The position numbers and the translations under genes were made by a program. The notes beneath the pieces were generated by a model, which worked only from the letters and a program-made list of their open reading frames with translations, made no database searches and was not told the DNA's origin. A stretch of DNA of 64,000 bases, taken from positions 33,296,001 to 33,360,000 of the forward strand of contig CM059432.1 in the NCBI GenBank assembly GCA_030390025.1, given 5' to 3'. Of this stretch, positions 23,301 through 37,491 are shown piece by piece. Positions within the stretch are counted from its first letter, which is position 1. Every line of letters begins with the position of its first letter. This DNA comes from Squalus acanthias (taxonomy: Eukaryota).

Positions 23301-25466
23301 AGAGGGAAGCATCCTGGACAGAAGAAGGTTGCAGACTCCGAGGCTGAAGAGAACAAAATGGAATAGACTGACAGGCAAATAGACATAAGAGAAGTACTAG
23401 GGACTAGTATACAGGGAAAGAAAAGCAGAGAGACTGGTGGCCGGAGTGCACAGGAGCTAGAGCAACTAAAGGGAGCCACATCGAGAAACCACAAAAAGAA
23501 ATACCGGATAGCAGAGGGAAAGGCAAAAACACAGAGCCCAAAAAACAGGAAATATACAGAAGAGAGCAAGGGGAGTAACGGATGCATAATATGCAAGAAA
23601 ATACAGAAAGGAGATTGAGTTGGAAATACAACACAATTTAGGCAAAAGGAGGTACAGAGACGCACAAAGGTAAGCAGACTGAAAAAATTAAGGAGCTTGA
23701 TTTGAGGAAAAAGTGCTGAATTACAGACTGGCAGGAGTTCCAAAGAGAATAAGGGAAAACAATAGGCAGATAGATATCAGCAATGGATGCAAAGAAATGT
23801 GCACTGTAAAGAATAGATTGTCAGCCTGATAACTCATTGATATATATAGGTGAACATAGAAAAATGAAAGTATAATTACCAGGAACCTACAGACATAAGG
23901 TAGAAATGTGAGGAACTGTATTTAGACTAGCAAACTAATGTAATATTCTACACTACTAGAAAGGGGAAAGGAGACAAGTACATATTGGGCTAAATCCTTT
24001 CTAACTGATTTCTGGTATTTTGTCTGCTCTTATGCATTGCAAGATCCTGACTTGGGAGTGGGGTGGGGTCGAGAGGGAAAGTTGTAACGGAACTAAGTGA
24101 AATGTCACTGGTGAGGAGGATTGTCAAGTCAGGCAAGTGCTGCGTAGATCTCACTTCTTGATGGTTATGCATTCACGTTTAACTGTATGCACAAAAATTC
24201 CACTGTGTAAATTTACCTAATCATATAAAAAGGATATTGTTGCTCTTAAGGCAAAGAGGTGGGCAGTAAAAATGATTGCAAGGATTGGAAAATTTAAGTT
24301 ATGAGGAAAGAGTGAGGTAATTGGGAGTGCCCTCTTTGTAAAAGGGACTTTGAGGAGATTTAATGGAAATTTTCAAGACCTGAAGGAAGATGATAACTGA
24401 TGGTACATCTTCAACATGGTGAAGAGTTCAAATTTTAGAAACACAAGATAAATGAGGAGGTTATGAGTAAGAAGGGAGGTCAAGTTAAATCTTTTCACCC
24501 GAAGAGTAATAGAGTTGTGGAATAAGTTACAACAACCACAACTTGCATTTATATAGTGCCTTATATAGCTTCACAGAAGTGTAAATCAGACAAAAATTGA
24601 CACAGCCAAAAAAGGAGCTATTTAATGGTGATTAAAAGGTTGGTCAGAGGTTGGTTTTAATCAGGCTCTTAAGAGTTGAGAGTGAGGCAGAGAGGTTTAG
24701 GGAAGGAATTCCAGAGCTCAGGCCCTAGATAGTTGAAGGCACAGCCACCAATGGTGGGGCGAAGGGAGTGGGAGATGTACAAGAGGCCAGAGTTGGAGGA
24801 ACGCAGAGTTGTTGGACGCTTATATGGCTGGAGGAGATTACTGGAGAGATGGGGAGCAGTGAGGTCATGAAAGGATTTGAACACCGAGATTATTAGGAAA
24901 GGCCATTGAAGTGGACAGTATGAATGGGTTTGAGACAATTTAGATTTGTTTTCGTAGAGGGGGATTGAGGGACATTGAAAGGAGGCGAGGCAGATCTGTC
25001 AAAATGGGGCAACATTGTTGTGTTAGTCTTTTGCTGTTTCTGAATATTTTAAACATGTAATTGTTGCTTTTCGGTATCTTGTGACCCCCTGCCACAAAGA
25101 GGCCACTCAGGTTGGCATATGGGGCAGATTTGTCTTGTGTGCCTCTTCGAGCTGGCAAACTTCCTGATTCCAACGTAATGAAATTTCAGCACGGCTTGCC
25201 TCTTTAGTAGACTGCTTTCTCACTGCAGAAAAAATCCTCAAGACACCAGAAATTCTGATCAAAATATCTAATTTTTAAGAAAGCAAGAACTTGTGTAATC
25301 TTTTATCATCTTTGTAACAGGGTCCTGACATTAAAGCTTCCCCTTTTAAAGCTGATCTATGGTTTCTTCTGCTGAGCACTAACTAAATTTCCCTCCCCCA
25401 TCCATCCCTAGATTTCCTCATATTTATCGACACACAGCCCTCCTGGGAGGGGCGGGTGCTGCTGTG

Positions 25467-25966
25467 ATGAATAAAGACTTGTGCATCCATTCCTGGCCTG
25501 GGTCTTACTATCTACCCAGTGAGAAACGATGGGTTTACGGCAAACTGTCGCTCACACTGTGCCAGCTGGCGTTCACATCCGACAAAGAGGGGCTCACGCT
25601 GACCAGCTTCAAGCTCTCCGCTATCACCGGCATCAAGAAGGAGGCGTCCAGCTTCATATTCAGCTCGCTCACCGTGCTGGTGGGCGGCAGCGAGAAGCAC
25701 TGGTTCAGCTCGCTGCAACCCAACCGGACGGTGGTGTTCAACGTCATCGAGCACTTCTGGCGGGCGCAGCTGCTCTCTTCCGAAGGGGTGGAGGCGGAGG
25801 TTGACCCCGGGCGTATGACGAAGGGGAGGGAGCTGATCGGCCTGGCCACCAGCTCTCGCCAACGCTTGGGAGACACGGCCAAAGTACTGCATCATCAGGG
25901 AGAGCAGTTTGATCGCATCATGAAAGGGCTGGACAAGATCGAGTCGGACATGGATGTGGCAAACAG
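25467..25966 (+). CDS. SNAP47: SNAP47 (synaptosomal-associated protein 47) coding exon 1
   Basis: ATG 25467 inside an exon with acceptor at 25410-25411; MNKDLCIHSWPGSYYLPSEKRW...HWFSSLQPNR...QGEQFDRIMKGLDKIESDMDVANR (PH-like region plus first SNARE motif); donor AG|GTAT. Confidence 0.93.
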
Positions 25967-26169
25967 GTATTGGGGCCGTGCGGTGTTTTTTTTAAGAAAA
26001 TGTGCAAGTTTAAAAAAAAAAACAAGGGAGGGAGCAAGCCCCCAGAAAGTGGAGCTAAGGAGGCAGTACAGTATCCAGTAGGATGTAAACTGAGTTAATG
26101 GGAACAATTCAGTCCCAAGTGCGTGTCTCTGTGCCAGTTCTTACACCTTGTACAACACACGTTGGGAGC

Positions 26170-27180
26170 AATTCACTCCTCCAACCTCTTCCTTATGTGT
26201 CTGCCCAGAATAAAATCTCGCCCAAGCCACTTGCAATTTCACTTTAACTGCCAACTATCTAATCTTTGACCCTTCATTTGTCACAATACTTCTGCAGCTA
26301 TCAGTCTGCTCAACCATTCCTTCACCTCCAACTTTGATGCCCTTTGTCCCCAGTAAAGCCATTACTCGTTCCCACCCTGGTCATCCCCAGGTATGGCCCT
26401 CTTTTAACTCCCTCAAGTTCAAGAGGTACAGACTTGAGCATATCTGCAGCATAACTGGTCTAGCCATCCATTGCCAGATCTGACTGGACCACATCAAGCA
26501 CTATCAGGCCAAAACTGCTTGCTATTCCAGGTTCATCCTGGAAAGCAAAAAATAACCCCCCCCCCGTGCTTCTTTTCTCATGAACAGTGACGTACAGGAA
26601 AAGACTGACTGGTCCATCCAGCCTGTCCCACACAACTACAGTCCCCACCCCACCTGGAAACCATGTCATCTCCTGGGAGGGGCGAAAAACCACACTCAAA
26701 ATCCAGGCCAATTGGGAAAATAATCTGCGAAATTCGTTTCCGACCCCCTTAGGCGTTCAAAACTAGGCCAGGAGACCATCGTGGCCCTGATTAACGTTAC
26801 CAGGTACCTACCTATTGTATGAGGCGATCAGCCAGAAACGAGTCCAATTCCCCCAAGTCACTAGCAACCGCGAGAACTCTGTGTTCTTCCAACTCTGACC
26901 TCGTGAATCCCCCAGTCCCTTTGCTCCACCATTGGCACCCGTGCCTTCAGCCGATTTGGCCATGCACTCTTGAATTCCTTCCATAAATCTCTGGCTCTCC
27001 ACCTCCCTCTCCCCCTTTAAGACTCTCCTTTAAACCCGCCTCTTTGACCAAGCTTTTAGTCACCCCTCTTAATATCTCCTCCTTTATTTCCGTGTCGATT
27101 TTTGTCCCATTACACTTCTGTGAAGCGACTTGTGCCGTTTTTCTAGGTTAACGGTGCATTATAAATACAAGTTGTTTGGT
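26170..27180 (+). mobile_element. L2-like LINE remnants; another at about 24535-24900 (-)
   Basis: Pyrimidine-rich L2-type 3' region ending ...ATAAATACAAGTTGTT. Confidence 0.55.
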
Positions 27181-27966
27181 ACCGTATAGGTGGTGTGTTT
27201 TTCTGTGTCCGCAGCTGCACGTGTACAACACACAGTGGGATTAAAAGGAGCAATTTACAGCTCGTGTGCAACTCAGCACATGAACAGTGTAAACAATGTT
27301 TATATCGGAATGGAGGAGCTGGTATTTTGGAATAGAGCTGGTTGTGTTAAGTGTAGAGATTCAGATTTGCATCCCAGTGCTAGATAAGTGCCTAAGGGGT
27401 TGACTGGATACTTTCACTGGTTTGCAGCCAAAAAAAATTTGCTTTTCCAATGAGCATGAATTTTTATGTTTTTGTTTGCAACTGAACCTATTGGGACAGT
27501 GGGGTTCTGACTTGGTAACCTCTGCACCAGCAGAGCTGGGTCTGGCTATAATGGAAACTCCACAGTGATGGGAAATCACCAGGGAGCCTGCAGTAGCAGC
27601 TGTGCCCGTTCAAAACAGCCCTGTGTTTGTGCTTTATCATATACTTTTATCTAATATAAAAGTTAAAAGTGAATGGGCACTAAGATTGTACTTTTTAATT
27701 GTAATGATTTGACTTTTTACACTATGCTTCATTTTTATTTTAATGTTTCATGTTTTTAATTTAAATAACTTTCTATTTGCATAAAGTTGCCTCAAGCAAA
27801 ATTTAATGGTGGGACTCCTAATATTGGGAATTGTACCACAGTTAAACTCTTTGGGTACGGTTCTGCTACCCCGTGCCAGTGACAGTTCTTCGTGCGTAAA
27901 CTTAGACAGTGAATGTCAGTCGGCTATTTGACCATAACTGCTCAATCCTGTCCAGCCTGAATTATT

Positions 27967-28357
27967 ATTCATTCTCAAGATGTGGGCGTCGCTGGCAAAG
28001 CCATCATTTATTTCCCATCCCTAGTTGCCCTGCAAACGTGGTGGTGGGCCGCCGCCGCCTTCTTTCTTGCAGTTTAATACGGCTTGCTTAGTCACTTCAG
28101 AGTCAACCATAGTGGCGTGGACTGGAGTCAGGCATCGGCCAGACCGAGTAAGGTACATTAGTGAATAAATTGTGTTTTTACACCAATCCGACAGATTCAT
28201 GGTCACTTTTACTGATACTGGATTTTTATTTCTAGACTTCTATTTTAAACAGAATTCAAATTCTCAAACTGCCATGGTGGGATTTGAACTCACATTCTCT
28301 GGATAATTAGTCCAAACCTCTGGATTACTAGTTCAGTAACATAACCACTACACCACT
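27967..28357 (-). mobile_element. tRNA-head SINE, same family; further minus copies at about 4150-4480, 31483-31845 and 63403-63790
   Basis: Reverse complement of the same consensus. Confidence 0.75.
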
Positions 28358-28539
28358 GTACCATCTGAGTGCACTTTCCTGCAGGGGATCTATTGGATAG
28401 CAATCAGATGCTGGTATCCGGGCTAATTTTTTTTTTTGGAGGGGACAGAATGCCCCAGCGCCACCTGGCTGGGATCCAACTTGAGACCTCCTTCGTTTGT
28501 ACGGGTTAGTATCTTGCTGTGCAGCGTAGTTACTAAAAG

Positions 28540-31500
28540 TAGTTTCAAAAAGACAGGCAGACTGGAACAGGAGGGGCATAGCCCTGATAATTAAGGATGA
28601 TTGAGGACAGTAGTGAGAAAGGATCTTGAAGTAGAATCAGTATGGGTGAAGATAAGAAATAAAAAGGGGCAGAAAACAGTGGTGGGAGTAGTTTATAGGC
28701 CCCCTAACAGTAGCTATACAATTGGATAGAGTATTAATCAAGAAATAATAGGAGCTTTTAACAAAGATAATGCACTGTTATGTTACTGGACTAGTAATCC
28801 AGAGGCCTGGATTAATGATCTGGAGACGTGAGTTCAAATCCCACCACGGCAGCTGGGGAATTTAAATTCAGTTAATTAAATAAATCTGGAATAAAAAGCT
28901 AGTATCAGTAATGGTGACCATGAAACTATCGGATTGGCATAAAATCCCATCTGGTTCACTAACGTCCTTTAGGGAAGGAAATCTGCCATCCTTTCCTGGT
29001 CTGGCCTATATGTGACTCCAGACCCACAGCAATGTGGTTGACTCTTAACTGCCCTCTGAAATGGTCTAGCAAACCACTCCATTGTATCAAACTGCTACGA
29101 TAAACAATAATAAGAATAAAAGCAGACGGACCACCCGGCATCGACCTCATCACCGACTTCTGACACAACAAAGGCACACCCAGCCCAGTCGACCCTGCAA
29201 AGTCCTCCTCACCAACATCTGGGGACTTGTGCCAAAATTGGGAGAGCTGTCCCACAGACTAGTCAAGCAACAGCCTGACATAGTCATACTCACAGAATCA
29301 TACCTTTCAGCCAATGTCCCAGACTCCTCCATCGCCATCCCTGGGTACGTCCTGTCCCATTGGCAGGACAGACCCAGCAGAGGTGGCGGCACAGTGGTAT
29401 ACAGTCGGGAGGGAGTGACCCTGGGAGTCCTCAACATTGACTCCAGACCCCATGTCTCATGGCTTCAGGTCAATCACGGGCAAGGAAACCTCCTGCTGAT
29501 TACCGTCCTCCCTCAGCTGATGAATCAGTACTCCTCCATGTTGAACACCACTTGAAAGAAACACTGAGGGTAGCAAGGGCACAGAATTTACTCTGGGTGG
29601 AGGACTTCAATGTCTATCACCAAGAGTGGCTGGGTAGCACCAATACTGACCGAGCTGGCTGAGTCCTGAAGGACATAGCTGCCAGACTGGGCCTGCGGCA
29701 GGTGGTGGAAGAACCAACACGAGGGAAAAACCTACTTGACCTCGTCCTCACCAATCTACCTGTCGCAGATGCATCTGTCCATGACCGTATTGGTAGCTGT
29801 GACCACTGCAGAGTCCTTGTAGACACGAAGTTCTGTCTTCACACTGAGGACACCCTCCACCGTGTTGTGTGGCACTACCACCGTGCTAAATGGGATAGAT
29901 TCGGAACATTTAGAGTCTAGAATTAGGGTCCATAGTCTCAGGATAAGGGGTCGGCCATTTAAGACTGAGATGAGGAGGAATTTCTTCATTCAGAGGGTTG
30001 TGAATCTTTGGAATTCTCTGCCTCAGAGGGCTGTGAATGCTGAGTCATTGAGTATATTCAAGGCTGAGATAGATAGATTTTTGGACTCTAGGGAATCAAG
30101 GGCTATGGAGATTGGGCGGGAAAGTGCCGTTGAGGTTGTAGATCAGCCATGATCTTATTAAATAGCAGAACAGGCTCGAAGGGCCGGAAGTCCTACTCCT
30201 AATTATTATGTTCTTATGTAAAAGATCTCGCAGCTCAGAACTGGGCATCCATGAGGTGCTGTGGGCCATCAGCAGCAACAGAATTGTATTCCACCACAAT
30301 CTGTAACCTCATGGCCCGGCATATCCCTCACTCTACCATTACTATCAAGCCATGGGACCAACCCTGGTTCAATAAGGAGTGTAGAAGAGCATGCCAGGAG
30401 CAGCACCAGGCGTACCTAAAAATGAGGTGCCAACCTGGAGAAGCTGCAACACAGGACTACATGCATGCAAGCTAAGCAGCAGAAGCAGCATGCTATGGAC
30501 AGAACTAAGCGATCCCACAACCAACAGATCAGATCAAAGCTCTGCAGTCCTGCCACATCCAGTCGTGAATGGTGGTGGATCATTAAACTACTAACAGGAG
30601 GAGGCTCCATGAACATCCTCATCCTCAATGATGGCGGAGCCCAGCACGTGAGTGCAAAAGACAAGGCTGCAGCATTTGCAACCAGCTTCAACCAGAAGTA
30701 CTGAGTGGATGATCCATCTCGGCCTCTTCCTGAGGTCCCCACCACGACAGAAGCCAGTCTTCAGCCAATTCGATTCACTCCATGTGATATCAAGAAACGG
30801 CTGAGTGCACTGGATACAGCAAAGGCTATGGGCCCTGACAACATCCTGGCTGTCATGCTGAAGACTTGTGCTTCAGAATTAGCCGCACCTCTAGCCAAGC
30901 TGTCCCAGTACAGATACAACACTGAGGAAAACTGCCCAGGTATGTCCTGTCCACAAAAAAAATGACAAATCCAATCCGGCCAATTATCGCCCCTTCAGTC
31001 TACTCTCAGTCATCAGCAAAGTGATGGAAGATGTCATCGACAGTGCTATCAAGCGGCACTTACTCACCGATAACCTGCTCACCGATGCTCAGTTTGGGTT
31101 CCATCAGGACCACTCTGCTCCAGACCTTGTTACAGCCTTGGTCCAAACATGGATAAAAGAGCTGAATTCCAGAGGCGAGGTGAGAGTGACTGCCCTTGAC
31201 ATCAAGGCAGCATTTGACAGAGTGTGGCATCAAGGAGCCCTAGTAAAACTGAAGTCAATGGGCTGGAGTCATACCTAGTACAAAGGAAGGTGGTTGTGGT
31301 ATTTGGAGGCCAATCATCTCAGGACATCGCTGCAGGAGTTCCTCAGGGCAGTGTCCTAGGCCCAACCATCTTCAGCTGTTTCATCAATGACCTTCCCTCA
31401 ACATAAGGTCAGAAGTGGGGATGTTCGCTGATGATTGCAGTGTTCAGTTCCATTCGCAACTCCTCAGATAATGAAGCAGTCATGGGATGTGGGCGTCATT

Positions 31501-34500
31501 GGCAAGGCCAGCATTTATTGCCCTCGAGAAGGTGGTGCTGCCTTCTTAGAACATAAACAGGAGCAGGAGTAGGGCAATCGGCCCCTCGATCCTGCTCCGC
31601 CATTCAGTAAGATCATGGCTGATCCAATCTTGGCCTCAACACCACTTTCCCGCTCTCTCCCCATATCCCTTGACTCCCTTGTAGTTCTTGAACCGCTGCA
31701 GTCCATGTACTGAACATACTCCCATCGTGATACTTCCTTGTAGCAATTTGATACAACTGAGTGGCTTGCTAGGCCATTTTGGAGGGCAGTTAAGAGTCAA
31801 CCACATTGCTGTGGGTCTGGAGTCACATTTCGGTCAGACCAGGAAAGGATGACCAGAAACTTAACTGGACCAACCGCATCAATACTGTGGCTAAAAGAGC
31901 AGCTCAGAGGCTGGATATTGTGTGGTGAGTGTCTTCCCTCCTGACTCCCCAAAGCCCTTCCACCATCTACAAGGCACAAGTCAGGAGTGTGATGGAATAC
32001 TCACCATTTGCCTGGATGAGTGCAGCTCCAACAACAATCAAGAAGCTCAACACCATCCAGGACAAAGCAGCCCACTTGATAGGCACCCCATCCACCACCT
32101 TAAACATTCACTCCCTCCACCACCGGCGCACGGTGGTTGCAGTGTGTACCCTCTACAAGATGCACTGCAGCAACTCGCGCAGGCTTCTTCGACAGCACCT
32201 CCCAAACCCGTGACCTCTACCACCTAGAAGGACAAGGGCAGCAGGCGCATGGGAACACCATCACCTGCAAGTTTCCCTCCAGGCCACACACCATCCTGAC
32301 TTGGAAATATATCGCCGTTCCTTCATCGTCGCTGGGTTAAAATCCTGGAACTCCCTTCCTAACAGCACTGTGGGAGTACCTTCACCACACGGACTGCAGT
32401 GGTTCAAGTAGGCAGCTCACCACCACCTTTTCGAGGGCAATTAGGGATGGGCAATAAATGCTGGCCTTGCCAGCGACGCCCACATCCCAGGAACGAATAA
32501 AAAAATTGTTGGGGACTTTAATCTTCATATAGATTGGGCAAATCAAATTGGCATGGTTAGTCTGGAGACAGTTTCCTAGAACAATACATCATGAAACCAA
32601 CCAGGGAAGCAGATCTTGTTTTGTGTAATGTGACAGGGTTAATTAGTAATCTTATAGTAAAGAATACTCTAGAGGAGAGTGATCATAATATGATAGATAT
32701 TCACATTGAGTTTGAGAGTGACATTCTTAAGTCCGAAACTAGAGTCTTAAACTTAAACAAAGCCAATTACATAGGTATGAGGGGAGAGTTGGCTACGGTA
32801 GATTTGGAAATTAGATTAAAAGGTATGACGGTAGATAAGGAATGGCAAACATTTAAAGAAATATTCCAAAATTCTCAACGAATATACATTCCATTGAGAA
32901 ATAAAAACACCATGGGAAAAGTGATCCACCCGTGGCTAACTAAATAAGTTAAGAATAGTATTAAATTAAAAGAGGCTTATAATTTTGCGAAGAATTGTAA
33001 GTAGTAAGCCTGAGGATTGGGAGAGCTTTAGAAACCAGCAAAGGATGACCAAAAAAATTGATAAAAAGGGAGAAAATAGAATGAAAGTTAGTAAGAAATA
33101 TAAAAACAGATTGTAAGTGCTTCTACAAGTATGTAAAAAGGAAGAGATTAGCAAAAGCAAGCGTTGGTCCCTTAGAGGTTGAGACAGGAGGAATTATATT
33201 GGGGAACAAGAAAATGGCAGAGACTTTATACAAATATTTTGTATCTGTCTTCACCGTAGAAGATACAAAAAGTATACCAAAAATAGTGGGGAATCAAGGG
33301 AGTAATGAGAGTGAGGAACTTAAAGTAATTACTATCAGTAGAGAAAAAGTACTTGAGAAACTAATGGGGCTAAAAGCCAACAAATCCCCTGGACCTGATG
33401 GCCTACATCCTAGGGTTCTAAAAGTTGTAGCTGGAGAGATAGTGGATGCATTGGTTGTGATCTTCTAAAATTCCCTAGATTCAGGAATGGTCCCAGTGGA
33501 TTGGAAGGTAGCAAATGTAACCCTGCTATTTAAGAAAGGAGGGAGAGAGAAAACAGGCCAGTTAGCTTGACATCAGTTGTTGGGAAAATGCTGGAATCCA
33601 TTATGAAGGAAGTGGTAACAGGGCACTTAGAAAATCATAATATGAATAGGCAGAGTCAACATGGTTTTATGAAAGGGAAATCATGTTTGACAAATTTATT
33701 CGAGTTTTTTGAGGCTGTAATTAGCAGGGTAGATAAAGAGGAACCAGAGAGTGTAGTATTATTTGATTTTCAAAAGGCATTCGATAAGGTGCCACATAGA
33801 AGGTTGTTACGCAGGATAAGGGCACATGGGGTTGGGGGTAATATATTAGCATGGATAGAGGATTGGTTAACGGACAGAAAACAGAGAGTAGGGATAAATG
33901 GGTCATTTTCAGATTGGCAGGCTGTAACTAGTGGGGTGCCACAAGGATCAGTGCTTGGGCCTCAGCTATTAATGACTTAGATGAAGGGACTGAGTGCAAT
34001 GTATCCAAGTTTGCTGACGATACAAAGCTAGGTGGAAAAGTAAGCTGTGAGGAGGACACAAAGAGCCTGCAAAAGGATATAGACAGGTTAAGTGAGTGGG
34101 CAATAAGGTGGCAGATGGAGTATAATGTGGAGAAATGTGAGGTTATTCACTTTAGTAGGAAGAATATGAAAACAGAATATTTTTTAAATGGTGAGAAACT
34201 ATTAAATGTTGATGTTCAGAGAGATTTAGGTGTCCTAGTACAAGAAATACAGAGAGTTAGCATGCAGGTATAGCAAATAATTAGGAAGGCAAATGGCATG
34301 TTGGCCTTTATTGCAAGGGGGTTGGAGTACAAGAGTAAGGAAGTCTTGCAACAATTGTACAGTGCTCTGGTGAGACCACACCTGGAGTACTGTGCACAGT
34401 TTTGGTCTCCTTATCTGAGAAAAGGCATACATGACTTGGAGGCGGTGCAACAAAGGTTCACTAGATTGATCCCTGGGATGAGAGGGTTGTCCTATGAGGA

Positions 34501-34927
34501 GAGATGGAGTAGATTGGGCCTATACTCTCTGAGTTTAGAAGAATGAGGTGTGATCTCATTGAAACATGCAAGATTCTGAGGGGGAGTGACAGGGTAGATG
34601 CTTGAGAGATTGTTTCCCCTGGCTGGAGCATCTAGAACTAGGGGGCATAGTCTCAAGATAAGGGGTCGGCCTTTTAAGACTGAGATGAGAAGCAATTTCT
34701 TCACTCGGAGGGTTGTGCATTCTCTGCCCCAAAGGGCTGTGGATGCTGAGTCGTTGAGTATATTCAAGGCTGAGATCGATAGATAGATTTTTGGACTCTA
34801 GAGGAATCGAGGGATAGGGCAGGAAAGTGGAGTTGAGGTTGATGATCAGCCATGATCTTACTGAATGGCGGAGCAGGCTCGAGGGGCCATATGACCTACT
34901 CCTGCTCCTAATTCTTATGTTATGTTC
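28540..34927 (+). mobile_element. CR1/HER1-like LINE ORF2 remnant, interrupted by a second LINE
   Basis: APE fragments, KSPGPDGLHPRVLK, DFQKAFDKVPH, SGVPQGSVLGP, FADDTK, LVRPHLEYCAQFWSP; many stops; CR1-type 3' tail. Confidence 0.9.
28777..32505 (+). mobile_element. Near full-length degenerate APE-RT LINE with a tRNA-like head
   Basis: B box GTTCAAATCC at 28832; QPDIVILTES, DIKAAFDRVWH, GVPQGSVLGP, FADD; 3' tail GGGCAATAAATGCTGGCCTTGCCAGCGACGCCCACATCC. Confidence 0.88.
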
Positions 34928-35454
34928 TTAACCAGATCCTCGGGGAGCTATGGAAATTTGTTTTTGCTTTCTGCAGGCATTTCTAAGGTACTGAAACACA
35001 GTTGCAGTGGTGGTAGATTTAATGTGGATTTGCTGCAGGACCACGTACGTTCCTTCACACCTGCAATCTGACCTAGTTTTCGAGGGATTGCATTGTACAA
35101 GGACAAGTTTGACTCGGTCTGTCACTGTGCCTTCCCTGGAGACAGCTGCACTGTGGTGGCTTACCGAAGGGAATTAAATATTCTTTGCCCTGTGTATATT
35201 ATATTTTTCTGGAATATATAAAATCTACTAATATACCTCTTGAGCTGTTATTCCTGGGCTGAGGAGGCATAAGAACGATTGGAAGAATGGGTTTGAGGCA
35301 AGCTGGGGAGCAAGTGGCAGGCAAGAGCCTAGACTTGTCTGAGTCTGGGAGATCTATTGGTTTGGGAGGGAGAGCAGGTCAGCTGTGGAGTGAAGTGCAA
35401 TCTACCAGTGCAGTGTGTTTTCCCGGAATTAATTCTCTGGATATTATATTGCTT

Positions 35455-36260
35455 GTTTTCGGGATGAGGGCAATGCTGGCAAGGTCGGATTTAATGCCCA
35501 TCCATAGCTGTCGTGAGACGGTGAGGTGAGCCTTTTCCTTGAACCGCTGCAGTCCTTGTGCTGACTGGCTCCCATGAAGGTGTTAGTGCAGGGTAGCAAT
35601 GAGGAAGGAGCGGCAATATATGTCCATGTCAGAATGGTGTGTGACTTGGAGGTGATGCGTTCCCATGACATTGGTGGTCTTGTCCTCAGTGGTAGAGGTG
35701 ACTGGGCTGGGAGGTGCTGTCAAAGTAAACTTGCACTATAGATAGTATACTGCAGGAAGAGTGAGCCAGTGTGGAGGGGTTGAATATTGAGTCTAGTAGC
35801 ATGGCTGCTGATCAAGGAGACTATGTTGTCCCGGATAGTATGGAGCTACTTGAGTGTATTTGGATCTGCATCCATCCAGGGGAATAGTGAGTATTCCATC
35901 ACATTACAGACATGAGCCTTGTAGATGGTGGAGAGGCTTTGAGAGGACAGAAGTTGAGCCACTCATCAGAGTACCTAGCCTCTGCCATGCACTTGCAGCT
36001 GCAGTATTGATCAGGCTGGCCTAGTTCAGCTCGTGGTCAGTGGTGACCTCCCAGGATGTTGATGGCGAGGGACTCTCTAATAGCGGTGCCATTGAAGGTC
36101 GGGGTGGTGGTTGGACCTTTTCTTGTTGGCGATAGTCATTTGCAGACATATGTGGCATAATTGTAACCCGCTACTTCTCGGCCCTGAATATTGTCCAGGT
36201 CCTGCTGGAAGCTGCCATGGGCTGCTTCATTATCGGAGGAGCTGTGAATGGAGAATGGAC
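35455..36260 (-). mobile_element. Old 3' fragment of the same LINE family as 28777-32505
   Basis: Reverse-complement similarity to 31850-32500. Confidence 0.7.
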
Positions 36261-37491
36261 AACTGATCATCCTATAGCCACTCTACAATCATAGTCTTAC
36301 AGACACATGTTTCATGATCTAGATAAATGTGAGAAGTCACATTGGGATTAATATAATGGAAGGGAATGAGAAAGAGTTTGTTTGTGCTTCAGTCAGAGTG
36401 CTGTGTTCATCTAGATTTAATTACTTTTTTATCTTTTGGAGACACATATTTCACTTCAGTGATCCCTGAATGCAAGGATTTTTTTTCCCCTTCCCTGACT
36501 AAATATGTTTTTTTGTGTGTAACTAGTGCTGTACCAATTAAAGGAAGGTGGGAGGGAAGCAGTTGCTGTACAAACTTTTACCCTGTCCGGTGTACATTAG
36601 GGGGGCACACAGGCTGACAGCTTACATGTCTGCAGCACTCCTCATGGTACAGAAATATGTCTGAGCACTTCACAGGGCAGAAGGGAAAAAGTGGACATCA
36701 AGCAGGTGGGGAAAGGTGAAAGGATAGAAAACGCAGTCAGAAAGAAGGGTATTTAGGAGGTTTTTTGAAAGCAGGAAGGGAGTTCCAGAGGAAGGGATTG
36801 TAAGAGAACACACCACTGATGGAGCAGAGGACGAGGAGGGTACGGTAGTGTAGTGGTTATGTTACGGAGCTAGTAATCCAGAGGCCATGAGTTCAAATCC
36901 CACCATGGCTGGCCTATATGTGACTCCAGTCCCACACCAATATGGTAGACTCTTCACTGCTCTCTGAAGTGGCCTGGCAAGCCACTCAGTCCGGTCAACC
37001 AGGGATTTCCAGCAACGGCCGCAGCCCGACAATGATTTTTTTTAAACCGCATTGAAGGAGCGGAGAGTGACTGCAGGGCCGTGCGCTGAAGGAGGCTCAG
37101 ACAAAACCAGTATGAAAGTCAGGACAAAGATCTTGTCGCTGCAGCAGATTAGGAGGGAACAGAGACCCAAAATGGCAGGCCACAAGGAACCCGAAAAACA
37201 GACTACAAAAATTGTAGGTTGAAATTTTAGGAGATTGGGGATGATTTTATGCAGAAAGCATTCCTTCCAATCTTCCCATTCTCGTTTTACCTGAAGACGC
37301 TAAAACTGTTGCATTCTGTTATAAATTCAGTCTAGTGGTGTTTCGTGCCTAGAAATATGAGATTTAGTTTTGTCTCTGCACCTTGAGATTTAGTCTGATT
37401 TTATTTAATAGTTTTCAAGCGAAATCTATTTATAATTTTATTCCAATGTTTATTTCCCAATAGTCAAAAAATGTTGTTCTAGGTACAGAAG

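Noticed and set aside
22371..23378. 335-, 266- and 186-aa Pro/Ala-rich minus-strand ORFs
   Set aside because: They run through GC-rich tandem repeats and a PLE tail, with no recognisable domain.
23330..23900. Purine-rich strand-biased tract with a 217-aa hydrophobic minus ORF
   Set aside because: Low-complexity composition explains the ORF; no splice or domain evidence.
28777..28850. tRNA gene suggested by a B box (also near 7250, 36890, 37530)
   Set aside because: No complete cloverleaf; these are SINE/LINE heads.
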